NCBI GenBank assembly: GCA_017554325.1
Contig: JAFZIP010000005.1
Span: forward strand, 197,385 to 261,384
Source: Bacteroidales bacterium
GTDB taxonomy: Bacteria > Bacteroidota > Bacteroidia > Bacteroidales > WCHB1-69
Reading direction: 5' to 3'
DNA: 64,000 bases
The translations under genes and the position numbers were made by a program. Positions 19,835-28,469 of the stretch are shown piece after piece; positions within the stretch are counted from its first letter, which is position 1, and the number at the start of each line of letters is the position of its first letter. Under the pieces are notes generated by a model. The model was not told where the DNA came from, did no database searches, and saw only the letters and a program-made list of their open reading frames with translations.

Positions 19835-20905
19835 ATGCATTACAGACAACTATTCATCAAAATTTCAACACTCTTATTATTCGCTTTTTTTTGTGCAGCG
19901 AGCTGCAATCCTCCCGAGCCGCCCCGCCCCTTGCCTACCGACGCCAGCGCGTACGGGGCATACGTACTCAACGAAGGTCTGTTCCAGCACAACAACTGCA
20001 CCCTCTCATACTATGACTTTGAAAACCAGACGCTGACCCCTGACATCTTCCTGCAAGTGAACCAGCGCGGGCTCGGCGACACGGGCAACGACTTGAAAAG
20101 ATATGGCAGCAAGCTCTATTGCGTGGTCAACAACTCGCACCGCGTGGAGGTGATGGATTTTGAAACTGCCAAGTCCATCAAGGCCATTCCATTGTCGGGC
20201 AAAAGTCCTCGTCAGATTGCCTTTTACCAAGGCAAAGCATACGTCAGCTGCTTCGATGGCGATGTAGTGCGCATTGACACCGCCACCTTGGAGGTAGAGC
20301 AGACCGCACACTCCGGCGCAAATCCCGAGGGCCTCTGCGTGTGCAACGGAAAGCTCTACGTAGCCAATTCCGGCGGGCTCAACAACCCCAACTACGGCAC
20401 CACCGTGTCCGTGTTTGACATCAACTCGCTCACGATGCTCCACAGCATCGAGGTGGGTGTCAACCCGTACAAGCTGGCCGCCGGCGACGACGGTCGCACC
20501 GTCTATGTCTGCACCCGTGGCGATTACATGGAGCAGCACGGCACTTTTTCTTGCATTGATGCACAAACCGACCAAATCACGAGGACGTGGCCCAACATCC
20601 AGAATTTCACCGTTTTTCAAGACAAAGCCTACGTGTATGAAGTGGATTATGCGGCTGAATCCAACCCAGTGAAGGTGCTGAGCCTCACTCAGGAGGACAG
20701 TGTGGCGGAAAACTTCATCACTGACGGCACCGTCATCCAGATGCCCTACAGCATCACGGTCAACCCGCTCAACGGGGACGTCTATATCACCGATGCCTAC
20801 AATTTCACGGTGACCGGAGACGTGTATTGTTTTGACAAAAACGGCAAGAAGAAATTCTCCTTCTCCGCGGGCCTGAACCCGAGTGTGGTGGTGTTCAAGC
20901 AATAG
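19835..20905 (+). CDS. Surface lipoprotein, YncE/DUF5074-like beta-propeller; candidate BtuG-like cobalamin-binding protein
   Basis: Lipoprotein signal (FFCAASC) and repeated propeller-blade-like segments (YVLNEG..., LYCVVNNSHRVEVMD..., KLYVANSGG..., VYITDAYN...). It lies directly downstream of the B12 riboswitch. I chose the ATG at 19835 as the start; the track start is a GTG at 19829. Confidence 0.65.
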   Translation: MHYRQLFIKISTLLLFAFFCAASCNPPEPPRPLPTDASAYGAYVLNEGLFQHNNCTLSYYDFENQTLTPDIFLQVNQRGLGDTGNDLKRYGSKLYCVVNNSHRVEVMDFETAKSIKAIPLSGKSPRQIAFYQGKAYVSCFDGDVVRIDTATLEVEQTAHSGANPEGLCVCNGKLYVANSGGLNNPNYGTTVSVFDINSLTMLHSIEVGVNPYKLAAGDDGRTVYVCTRGDYMEQHGTFSCIDAQTDQITRTWPNIQNFTVFQDKAYVYEVDYAAESNPVKVLSLTQEDSVAENFITDGTVIQMPYSITVNPLNGDVYITDAYNFTVTGDVYCFDKNGKKKFSFSAGLNPSVVVFKQ

Positions 20906-20940
20906 GGGGAGACGACATCACAATTATATTTGGGCAGAAC

Positions 20941-21018
20941 AAAAAAACGAGAGCTTTCGCTCCCGCTTTGGATGTTTTCACAACGGAATAATCCTTATTG
21001 TGAATTGCTTCAAAAGTG
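20941..21018 (-). ncRNA. tracrRNA: tracrRNA of the type II-C system
   Basis: The minus strand reads ACUUUUGAAGCAAUUCACAAU | AAGGAUUAUUCCGUU | GUGAAAACAUCCAAAGC | GGGAGC-GAAA-GCUCUC | GUUUUUUU. The anti-repeat (20997-21017) pairs over 21 bp with one bulged U to the first 22 nt of the CRISPR repeat (GUUGUGAAUUGCUUUCAAAAGU). It is followed by a nexus of the AAUAAGGnnnnnnCCGUU type, as in other Cas9 tracrRNAs, and by a GNRA-capped terminator hairpin plus a U-run. Confidence 0.85.
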
Positions 21019-21021
21019 CAG

Positions 21022-21029
21022 CAAAAATA
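21022..21029 (-). promoter_or_regulatory. -7 promoter box (TATTTTTG on the minus strand) for tracrRNA
   Basis: TAnnTTTG match immediately upstream of the anti-repeat. It predicts a transcription start at about 21015-21018. Confidence 0.6.
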
Positions 21030-21062
21030 CAACTTTTTATTGATAATCTGTTGCAAAATGAT

Positions 21063-21070
21063 TATTTTTG
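21063..21070 (+). promoter_or_regulatory. -7 promoter box (TATTTTTG) for the cas9 operon
   Basis: TAnnTTTG match 25 nt upstream of the cas9 ATG, divergent from the tracrRNA promoter. Confidence 0.55.
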
Positions 21071-21094
21071 CAAAGTATAATACATTTTGCAACT

Positions 21095-24000
21095 ATGAAG
21101 AAAATCCTCGGTTTAGATTTGGGCACCAACAGCATCGGCTGGGCGGTGGTGAATGAAGCGGAAAACGCTAATGAACAATCTGCTATTGTCAAATTAGGCG
21201 CGCGCGTGAATCCATTGACGGTGGATGAACTGACCAATTTCGAAAAGGGAAAAAGCATTACGACCAATGCGGATCGCACCCTCAAACGGAGTATGCGACG
21301 CAATCTGCAACGATACAAACTTCGTCGCGAGAATCTTATTAAAGTGTTGAATGAGCACAGTTTCATCGACGAAGAAACGATTCTTTCTGAAAATGGCAAC
21401 AGGACTACTTTTGAAACATACCGGTGGCGTGCCAAGGCTGCGACAGAGGAAATTTCTTTACAAGAATTTGCTCGCGTGCTGCTCATGATTAACAAGAAAC
21501 GAGGGTACAAGAGCAGTCGTAAAGCGAAATCAACCGAAGAAGGACAACTGATTGATGGAATGGAGATTGCCAAACAACTCTATGAGAAGAACCTCACTCC
21601 GGGACAGTTATCATTACAGTTGCTGCAAAATGGAAAAAAACACCTTCCGGATTTCTATCGTTCAGACTTGCAGGAAGAATTTGACAGGGTTTGGTGCTCC
21701 CAATGCAAGTTTTATCCAGACAGACTAACAAATGATCTAAAAGAAGAATTGTGGGGAAAGAATAAAAAGCAGACATGGGCAATTCTTGAGAAACCATTGA
21801 ATATAGTTGGTATAAGGCGAGAGACAAAAGGAGCCGAATTAAAAGAGGAGAACTATAGATGGAGAAACAAAGCGTTGAATGAACGATTGGATTTGGAAGA
21901 ATTAGCTATCGTTTTGCAGGAAATCAATGGTCAGATTAGTAATGCAAGTGGTTATTTGGGAGATATTAGCGACCGTAGCAAGGCACTTTATTTCAATCAT
22001 CAAACGGTCGGTCAATATCAGATGTCGCAATTGGACAAGAATCCCAATTACAGCTTGAAGAATCAGGTGTTTTATAGACAAGATTATCTGAATGAGTTTG
22101 AAACTATCTGGGAAACACAAGCAAAATATCATAAGGAACTTACTTCAGAACTAAAAAAAGAGATTCGCGACATTGTCATTTTTTATCAGCGTCCACTGAA
22201 ATCGCAAAAAGGATTGATATCGTTCTGTGAGTTTGAAAGCCGACAAGTCGAAGTGGATATTGATGGGAAGAAGAAAATGAAAACTGTTGGCAACCGAGTC
22301 TGTCCAAAATCATCGCCTTTGTACCAAGAATTTAAAATATGGCAAATTTTAAATAATGTTCAAGTTTCAGGTGAAGGCATTAAAAAACGATTCCTGTTCC
22401 AGGAAGAAAAAGAGAAACTGTTTGCCGAATTGAATCACAGGGAAAAATTATCAAAAACAGAAGCCCTGAAACTGCTGTTTGGCAATCCAAAGAATTTGGA
22501 TTTGAATTATAAGGAACTTGACGGAAATCATACTCAAGCAGAATTGTTCAAAGCATATCAGTCTATCATAGAATTAAGTGGACACGGAGAATATGAATTT
22601 GCTAAGTTGCCTTCAGGAAAGGCTCTTGACATCGTTTCGGAAATATTCGATGGATTAGGTTTTAGTACAGCTATCTTGCGTTTTGATTCCTCGCTGGAGG
22701 GTCAGGCTTTGGAGCGCCAGCCCATGTACATGCTTTGGCATCTACTTTATTCTTTTGAAGGCGATAATTCTAATCTTGGCAATGAAAAATTGATAACTAA
22801 ATTGGGCGAACTATACGGATTTGACAAGGAATCCGCAACAGTGCTAGCCAATGTGGTTTTCCAACCCGATTATGGCAGTCTGAGTACAAAGGCCATTCGA
22901 AAAATATTGCCTCATTTGAAGGATGGTTTGGAATACAGTGTAGCATGTGAATATGCTGGATATAGACATTCCAAAGCTTCGCTTACAAAAGAAGAGATTG
23001 AACAAAAAGAACTTAAGGATAAGTTAGAACTACTACCCCGTAATAGTCTTCGTAACCCAGTTGTGGAGAAGATCCTGAACCAAATGGTGAATGTGGTCAA
23101 CTCTATTGTCGATGAGTATGGAAAACCTGATGAAATTCGCATTGAATTAGCAAGAGAATTGAAGAAATCTGCCAAAGAACGCGAAGAAATGACCAAATCC
23201 ATCAACGAAGCCTCTCGTTTGCATGAAGGGTATGTTAAAATCTTGCAGGGAGAACCGTTCTATTTGGATCTTGTTAGCCGAAATGATATAATTCGATACA
23301 AATTATACTTGGAGTTGAAAGACAATGGTTTCAAAACGCTCTATTCCAACACATATATTCCTCAAGAAAAGCTCTATAGCAAGGAGATTGACATTGAACA
23401 TATAATTCCACAAGCCAAATTGTTTGATGATTCATTCTCCAATAAAACCTTGGAATTAAGGCACATTAATTTAGAGAAGAGCAATGCTACCGCATACGAT
23501 TTTGTGCTTGGTAAGTATGGGGAAGATGGTGTACGGGATTACGAAAATAGAATAGAAAGACTTTACAATGACAAAGTTATCTCCAAGACCAAGCGTGACA
23601 AGTTGTTGATGCGGGAGGCTGATATCCCGAGCGGTTTCATCAACCGTGATTTGCGCGACTCTCAATATATTGCTAAAAAAGCCAAAGAAATGTTGGAGGG
23701 AATGGTGCGTTTTGTGGTTCCGACAACGGGCAGTGTTACAGATCGCTTGCGAGAAGATTGGCAATTGGTAGATGTCATGCAGGAACTCAACTGGGACAAA
23801 TACAATCAATTAGGATTAACGGAGGTAATAGAAGGTCGTGACGGTCAGCGGATCAGGCGCATAAAAGAATGGACCAAGCGTAACGACCATCGACATCATG
23901 CAATGGATGCGCTGACCATTGCCTTTACAAAACGCAGCTTCATACAGTACCTGAACAACCTGAACGCACGCGTACAAAAGGGCACGGATGAGTATTTCGA

Positions 24001-25354
24001 TTTGGACATGGTGGAGCTTTCGGATTTAAGCGAAGAGGAACGTGCCTCTGCAATTTATGGTATTGAGAAAAAAGAACTACATCGGGATAATCATGGAAAA
24101 CTGCGATTCAATCCACCCATGCCATTGGATGAATTTCGTGCCGAGGCCAAACGGCAACTAGAAGGCACTCTGATTTCCATCAAGGCAAAGAATAAGGTGG
24201 TGACGCAGAACATCAATGTTTCGAAGAAAAAAACAGGTAAAAATGAAAAGATACAGCTGACACCTCGTGGTCAGTTGCACTTGGAAACTGTATATGGAAG
24301 TGGCAAGCAGTATGTAACTAAAGAGGAGAAAGTTAACGCTGCATTTGATGCTGAGAAGATTATGACAGTGGCTAATAAATCTTATCGTGAGGCATTGTCA
24401 AGCCGCTTGCAACAGTATGATGGAGATCCCCAAAAAGCTTTTACTGGAAAAAACACTTTGGAAAAGAATCCGCTTTGGCTGAATGAACATCATACGGCCA
24501 AAGTTCCAGAAAAGGTTAAAACCGTTTCTTTCGAAAAGATTTATACTGTTCGTAAAGAGATTTCGCCTGAATTGAAACTTGAAAAAGTGGTTGATGTGGG
24601 CGTTCGCAATATTCTTAAAGAACGGTTAGCTGAATTTGGCGGCGATGCCAAGAAAGCCTTCTCCAATCTGGAAGACAATCCGATATGGTTGAACAAGGAA
24701 AAGGGTATTTCAATCAAGCGTGTTACTATCACAGGCATCAGCAATGCTGAAGCTTTGCACGACAAACGCGATAAGGAAGGTAAACTGATTCTTGATGAAA
24801 AAGGGAACAAGCAACCTGTGGATTTTGTCAATACCGGCAACAACCACCATGTGGCCATCTATCGGAAACCCGTGTTGGATAAAAATGGGTTACCTTTGCT
24901 TGATGATGATGGTCAACCCCAATATGAGTTGGACGAGAATATAGTTTCATTTTACGAAGCCACTTCCCGAGCTATGATGGGTCTTCCCATTATAGATAAA
25001 GATTTCAATAAAGAACAGGGTTGGCAATTCCTCTTTACTATGAAACAAAACGAGTACTTTGTATTTCCGCGCTATGATGAAGAAGGAAATATGACTTTCA
25101 ATCCATTAGACTACAGCGAGGAGTGGTACAAAAATCCGGCTAATTACGCTACTATCAGTCCGAATTTGTTTAGGGTACAGAAATTATCTTCCAAATATTA
25201 TGTTTATCGGCAGCATCTTGAAACAGTTGTTGAAGAAAACAATTCTTTAAGAGATATTACGTGGAAAAGAATCACTAATATGAATCATCTGAAAAACATT
25301 CTCAAAGTCAGAGTCAATCATATTGGCAAGATTGTGTCGGTGGGCGAATATTAA
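21095..25354 (+). CDS. cas9: Type II-C CRISPR-associated endonuclease Cas9 (1419 aa)
   Basis: RuvC-I (MKKILGLDLGTNSIGWAVV), an Arg-rich bridge helix (RTLKRSMRRNLQRYKLRRENL), RuvC-II (IRIELAREL), HNH (DIEHIIPQAKLFDDSFSNKTLELRHINLEKSN) and RuvC-III (NDHRHHAMDALTIAF). I chose the ATG at 21095 as the start. Confidence 0.97.
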   Translation: MKKILGLDLGTNSIGWAVVNEAENANEQSAIVKLGARVNPLTVDELTNFEKGKSITTNADRTLKRSMRRNLQRYKLRRENLIKVLNEHSFIDEETILSENGNRTTFETYRWRAKAATEEISLQEFARVLLMINKKRGYKSSRKAKSTEEGQLIDGMEIAKQLYEKNLTPGQLSLQLLQNGKKHLPDFYRSDLQEEFDRVWCSQCKFYPDRLTNDLKEELWGKNKKQTWAILEKPLNIVGIRRETKGAELKEENYRWRNKALNERLDLEELAIVLQEINGQISNASGYLGDISDRSKALYFNHQTVGQYQMSQLDKNPNYSLKNQVFYRQDYLNEFETIWETQAKYHKELTSELKKEIRDIVIFYQRPLKSQKGLISFCEFESRQVEVDIDGKKKMKTVGNRVCPKSSPLYQEFKIWQILNNVQVSGEGIKKRFLFQEEKEKLFAELNHREKLSKTEALKLLFGNPKNLDLNYKELDGNHTQAELFKAYQSIIELSGHGEYEFAKLPSGKALDIVSEIFDGLGFSTAILRFDSSLEGQALERQPMYMLWHLLYSFEGDNSNLGNEKLITKLGELYGFDKESATVLANVVFQPDYGSLSTKAIRKILPHLKDGLEYSVACEYAGYRHSKASLTKEEIEQKELKDKLELLPRNSLRNPVVEKILNQMVNVVNSIVDEYGKPDEIRIELARELKKSAKEREEMTKSINEASRLHEGYVKILQGEPFYLDLVSRNDIIRYKLYLELKDNGFKTLYSNTYIPQEKLYSKEIDIEHIIPQAKLFDDSFSNKTLELRHINLEKSNATAYDFVLGKYGEDGVRDYENRIERLYNDKVISKTKRDKLLMREADIPSGFINRDLRDSQYIAKKAKEMLEGMVRFVVPTTGSVTDRLREDWQLVDVMQELNWDKYNQLGLTEVIEGRDGQRIRRIKEWTKRNDHRHHAMDALTIAFTKRSFIQYLNNLNARVQKGTDEYFDLDMVELSDLSEEERASAIYGIEKKELHRDNHGKLRFNPPMPLDEFRAEAKRQLEGTLISIKAKNKVVTQNINVSKKKTGKNEKIQLTPRGQLHLETVYGSGKQYVTKEEKVNAAFDAEKIMTVANKSYREALSSRLQQYDGDPQKAFTGKNTLEKNPLWLNEHHTAKVPEKVKTVSFEKIYTVRKEISPELKLEKVVDVGVRNILKERLAEFGGDAKKAFSNLEDNPIWLNKEKGISIKRVTITGISNAEALHDKRDKEGKLILDEKGNKQPVDFVNTGNNHHVAIYRKPVLDKNGLPLLDDDGQPQYELDENIVSFYEATSRAMMGLPIIDKDFNKEQGWQFLFTMKQNEYFVFPRYDEEGNMTFNPLDYSEEWYKNPANYATISPNLFRVQKLSSKYYVYRQHLETVVEENNSLRDITWKRITNMNHLKNILKVRVNHIGKIVSVGEY

Positions 25355-25386
25355 AAACATTTTATTAACCTTAAATTTTATCAACT

Positions 25387-26217
25387 ATGAGTAACATCAA
25401 ATTATTTCAAGACAAAAAAATCCGTTCTTCATGGAACGAAGTAGAGGAGCAATGGTATTTTTCCGTGGTGGATGTGGTGGAGGCACTGACGGACTCTACC
25501 AATCCCACAGACTATCTAAAAAAAATGCGAAAGCGTGATGAGGCTTTGGCTCTCTACCTGGGGACAAATTGTCCCCTGGTAGAAATGCTGACAGATACAG
25601 GAAAAATACGTAAAACATTGGCAGCAAATGTTAAAACGCTTTTCCGCATCATCCAATCCATCCCGTCACCCAAAGCAGAACCCTTCAAGCTGTGGCTTTC
25701 CCAAGTCGGCTACGAACGACTGCAAGAGATTGAAAATCCGGAACTCGCTCAAGAACGGATGAAAGAACTTTATGAAAAGAAGGGCTATCCGAAAGATTGG
25801 ATTGACAAGCGCCTTCGTGGTATTGCCATCCGTCAGAATCTGACCGATGAATGGAAGAAACGAGGCATAACAGAAGAAACGGATTTTGCTATTCTGACCG
25901 CCGAAATATCCAAAGCAACCTTCGGTATGACCCCTTCGGAATACAAAGAATTCAAGGGCCTGACGAAAAAGAACCAAAATCTACGCGACCACATGGATGA
26001 TTTGGAGTTGATTTTCACAATGCTGGGGGAACGCGTCACCACCGAAATATCGCAAAAAGAAGAACCCGAAACCTTTGCAGAAAGCAAAAAGATAGCGAAA
26101 CGAGGCGGAAAGGTGGCTGGTGTGGCACGAAAGGAAACTGAAAAAGAATTGAGCAGAAGTGTTTCAACTCCAAATAATTTCCTGCCGCCTTCGAAAAAAG
26201 ATAAACCTTTAACATAA
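25387..26217 (+). CDS. Bro-N domain / DinD-like (DNA-damage-inducible protein D family) protein embedded in the cas operon
   Basis: The N-terminus has the Bro-N pattern (FQDKKIRSSWNEVEEQWYFSVVDVVEALTDSTNPTDYLKKMRKR). The C-terminal half resembles E. coli DinD as I remember it (TDFAILTAEIS...KGLTKKNQNLRDHMDDLELIFTML versus DinD ATDFAIFQNH...KGLKKNQKILDHMGSTELAANLF). It starts 32 nt after the cas9 stop and ends 1 nt before the cas1 ATG. Confidence 0.7.
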   Translation: MSNIKLFQDKKIRSSWNEVEEQWYFSVVDVVEALTDSTNPTDYLKKMRKRDEALALYLGTNCPLVEMLTDTGKIRKTLAANVKTLFRIIQSIPSPKAEPFKLWLSQVGYERLQEIENPELAQERMKELYEKKGYPKDWIDKRLRGIAIRQNLTDEWKKRGITEETDFAILTAEISKATFGMTPSEYKEFKGLTKKNQNLRDHMDDLELIFTMLGERVTTEISQKEEPETFAESKKIAKRGGKVAGVARKETEKELSRSVSTPNNFLPPSKKDKPLT

Positions 26218-26218
26218 T

Positions 26219-27486
<1,268 letters not shown>

Positions 27487-27528
27487 AGAAAAAAGCATCT
27501 CTCAGGATTCGAATTTAGAAGGTTGCAA

Positions 27529-27562
27529 CAAAAAAATCGCTTGAAATCAAGCGATTTTTTTA
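27529..27562. terminator. Bidirectional rho-independent terminator between cas2 and the array
   Basis: A-run, then the stem ATCGCTTGA (27536-27544) pairing with TCAAGCGAT (27547-27555), then a T-run. It could stop cas-operon transcripts on the plus strand and array read-through on the minus strand. Confidence 0.75.
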
Positions 27563-27613
27563 ATTCTAAAAACCTTTGCAACGTACTGATTCCTTGTTGG
27601 TTTTGCAGGATCA

Positions 27614-28108
27614 GATGTTTACGACTGCAAAGATACAAACTTTTGAAAGCAATTCACAACAAAACTCGATTGACAGAACGAACCAAATCGATGTTTACGA
27701 CTGCAAAGATACAAACTTTTGAAAGCAATTCACAACAGATGATGGAGGAATGCCACACACATTATCGATGTTTACGACTGCAAAGATACAAACTTTTGAA
27801 AGCAATTCACAACATGATAATGAACACTTGGAACCGCTTAATAGATGTTTACGACTGCAAAGATACAAACTTTTGAAAGCAATTCACAACTGGCCAAGTT
27901 ATTCGTCTTGCGCCTTTTTGATGTTTACGACTGCAAAGATACAAACTTTTGAAAGCAATTCACAACAGTATTTCTGCAACTCCTGAATTTGCATTCGATG
28001 TTTACGACTGCAAAGATACAAACTTTTATATAAGATTGGCGGCGCCTCGGCAAACCGAGCAAGCTCGTTTGCTCTCGGCTTGCGCAATCTTTGAAAGCAA
28101 TTCACAAC
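27614..28108 (-). CRISPR. CRISPR array: 6 repeats of 47 nt (minus-strand sense GTTGTGAATTGCTTTCAAAAGTTTGTATCTTTGCAGTCGTAAACATC) and 5 spacers of 29-30 nt. The sixth repeat is split by a 64-nt insertion.
   Basis: Repeats lie at 27614-27660, 27690-27736, 27767-27813, 27844-27890 and 27920-27966, all identical, and at 27997-28108 (31 nt + 64-nt insert + 17 nt). Spacers lie at 27661-27689, 27737-27766, 27814-27843, 27891-27919 and 27967-27996. The strand is assigned from complementarity to the tracrRNA anti-repeat and from the canonical GTTGTG repeat start. Confidence 0.95.
28028..28091. repeat. 64-nt palindromic insertion inside CRISPR repeat 6 (copy A)
   Basis: ATATAAGATTGGCGGCGCCTCGGCAAACCGAGCAAGCTCGTTTGCTCTCGGCTTGCGCAATCTT. 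The terminal inverted 7-mers are AAGATTG and CAATCTT, with internal hairpin potential. It splits the repeat between ...ACTTTT and TGAAAGC.... Confidence 0.85.
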
Positions 28109-28139
28109 CATCTCTCTTTCAGTATCGTTATGTTGAAGA

Positions 28140-28463
28140 CTATTTGGGAAGGTATTGCTCAATTAGCTTGTAGAAATCGGGTATCTCTTCGTCGAGGTTC
28201 CATGCAGTTTTTGCCCATGATGTAAACATCACCATCTGCAGATTGTATGGCATATCGAAGTCCTTAAACTTGTGAGCCACATAGGTGGCACATTCACCTG
28301 AGATTATTCCTTCATGCTGGATGTAAACCCTTTCCATATCCCAATACCAGGATGCTGGGAACATGTCAAATGGGCAGGTGTCCTCACCATTATAGTACCG
28401 GCACTGTTTCATCAACTCCAGTTTCGTCATATCCTTACTTTTTTGAGAGTTCATACATGTCAT
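28140..28463 (-). CDS. Hypothetical 107-aa protein encoded between two insertion-bearing CRISPR repeats
   Basis: ORF MTCMNSQKSKDMTKLELMKQCRYYNGEDTCPFDMFPASWYWDMERVYIQHEG...; I recognise no family. Its codon and amino-acid composition look protein-like (W/Y/F/M-rich, not low-complexity). The ATG lies 22 nt downstream of a TAnnTTTG box in the degenerate repeat, and the stop lies 31 nt upstream of repeat 6. Confidence 0.6.
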   Translation of the reverse strand: MTCMNSQKSKDMTKLELMKQCRYYNGEDTCPFDMFPASWYWDMERVYIQHEGIISGECATYVAHKFKDFDMPYNLQMVMFTSWAKTAWNLDEEIPDFYKLIEQYLPK

Positions 28464-28469
28464 TCACAA

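Noticed and set aside
17194-20902. Minus-strand ORFs 17194-18210, 18838-19680 and 20006-20902.
   Set aside because: They are shadow ORFs opposite the TonB-dependent receptor and the propeller lipoprotein. 18838-19680 also runs across the riboswitch, which is better explained as RNA.
27523-27986. Plus-strand ORFs 27523-27876 and 27750-27986 with repetitive peptides (CLRLQRYKLLKAIHN...).
   Set aside because: They are artefacts of translating through the 47-nt CRISPR repeats.
27661-27996. I checked the five spacers by eye for matches elsewhere in the window (self-targeting).
   Set aside because: I found no match. This needs a genome-wide and virome-wide BLASTN, so no claim is made.
28092-28108. 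I considered the perfect anti-repeat-like 17-mers (TGAAAGCAATTCACAAC at 28092-28108 and 28567-28583) as a second, plus-strand tracrRNA.
   Set aside because: The downstream sequence has no nexus (AAGG...CCGUU), no hairpins and no terminator. They are simply the 5'-handle halves of split repeats. The real tracrRNA at 20941-21018 has all the expected modules.
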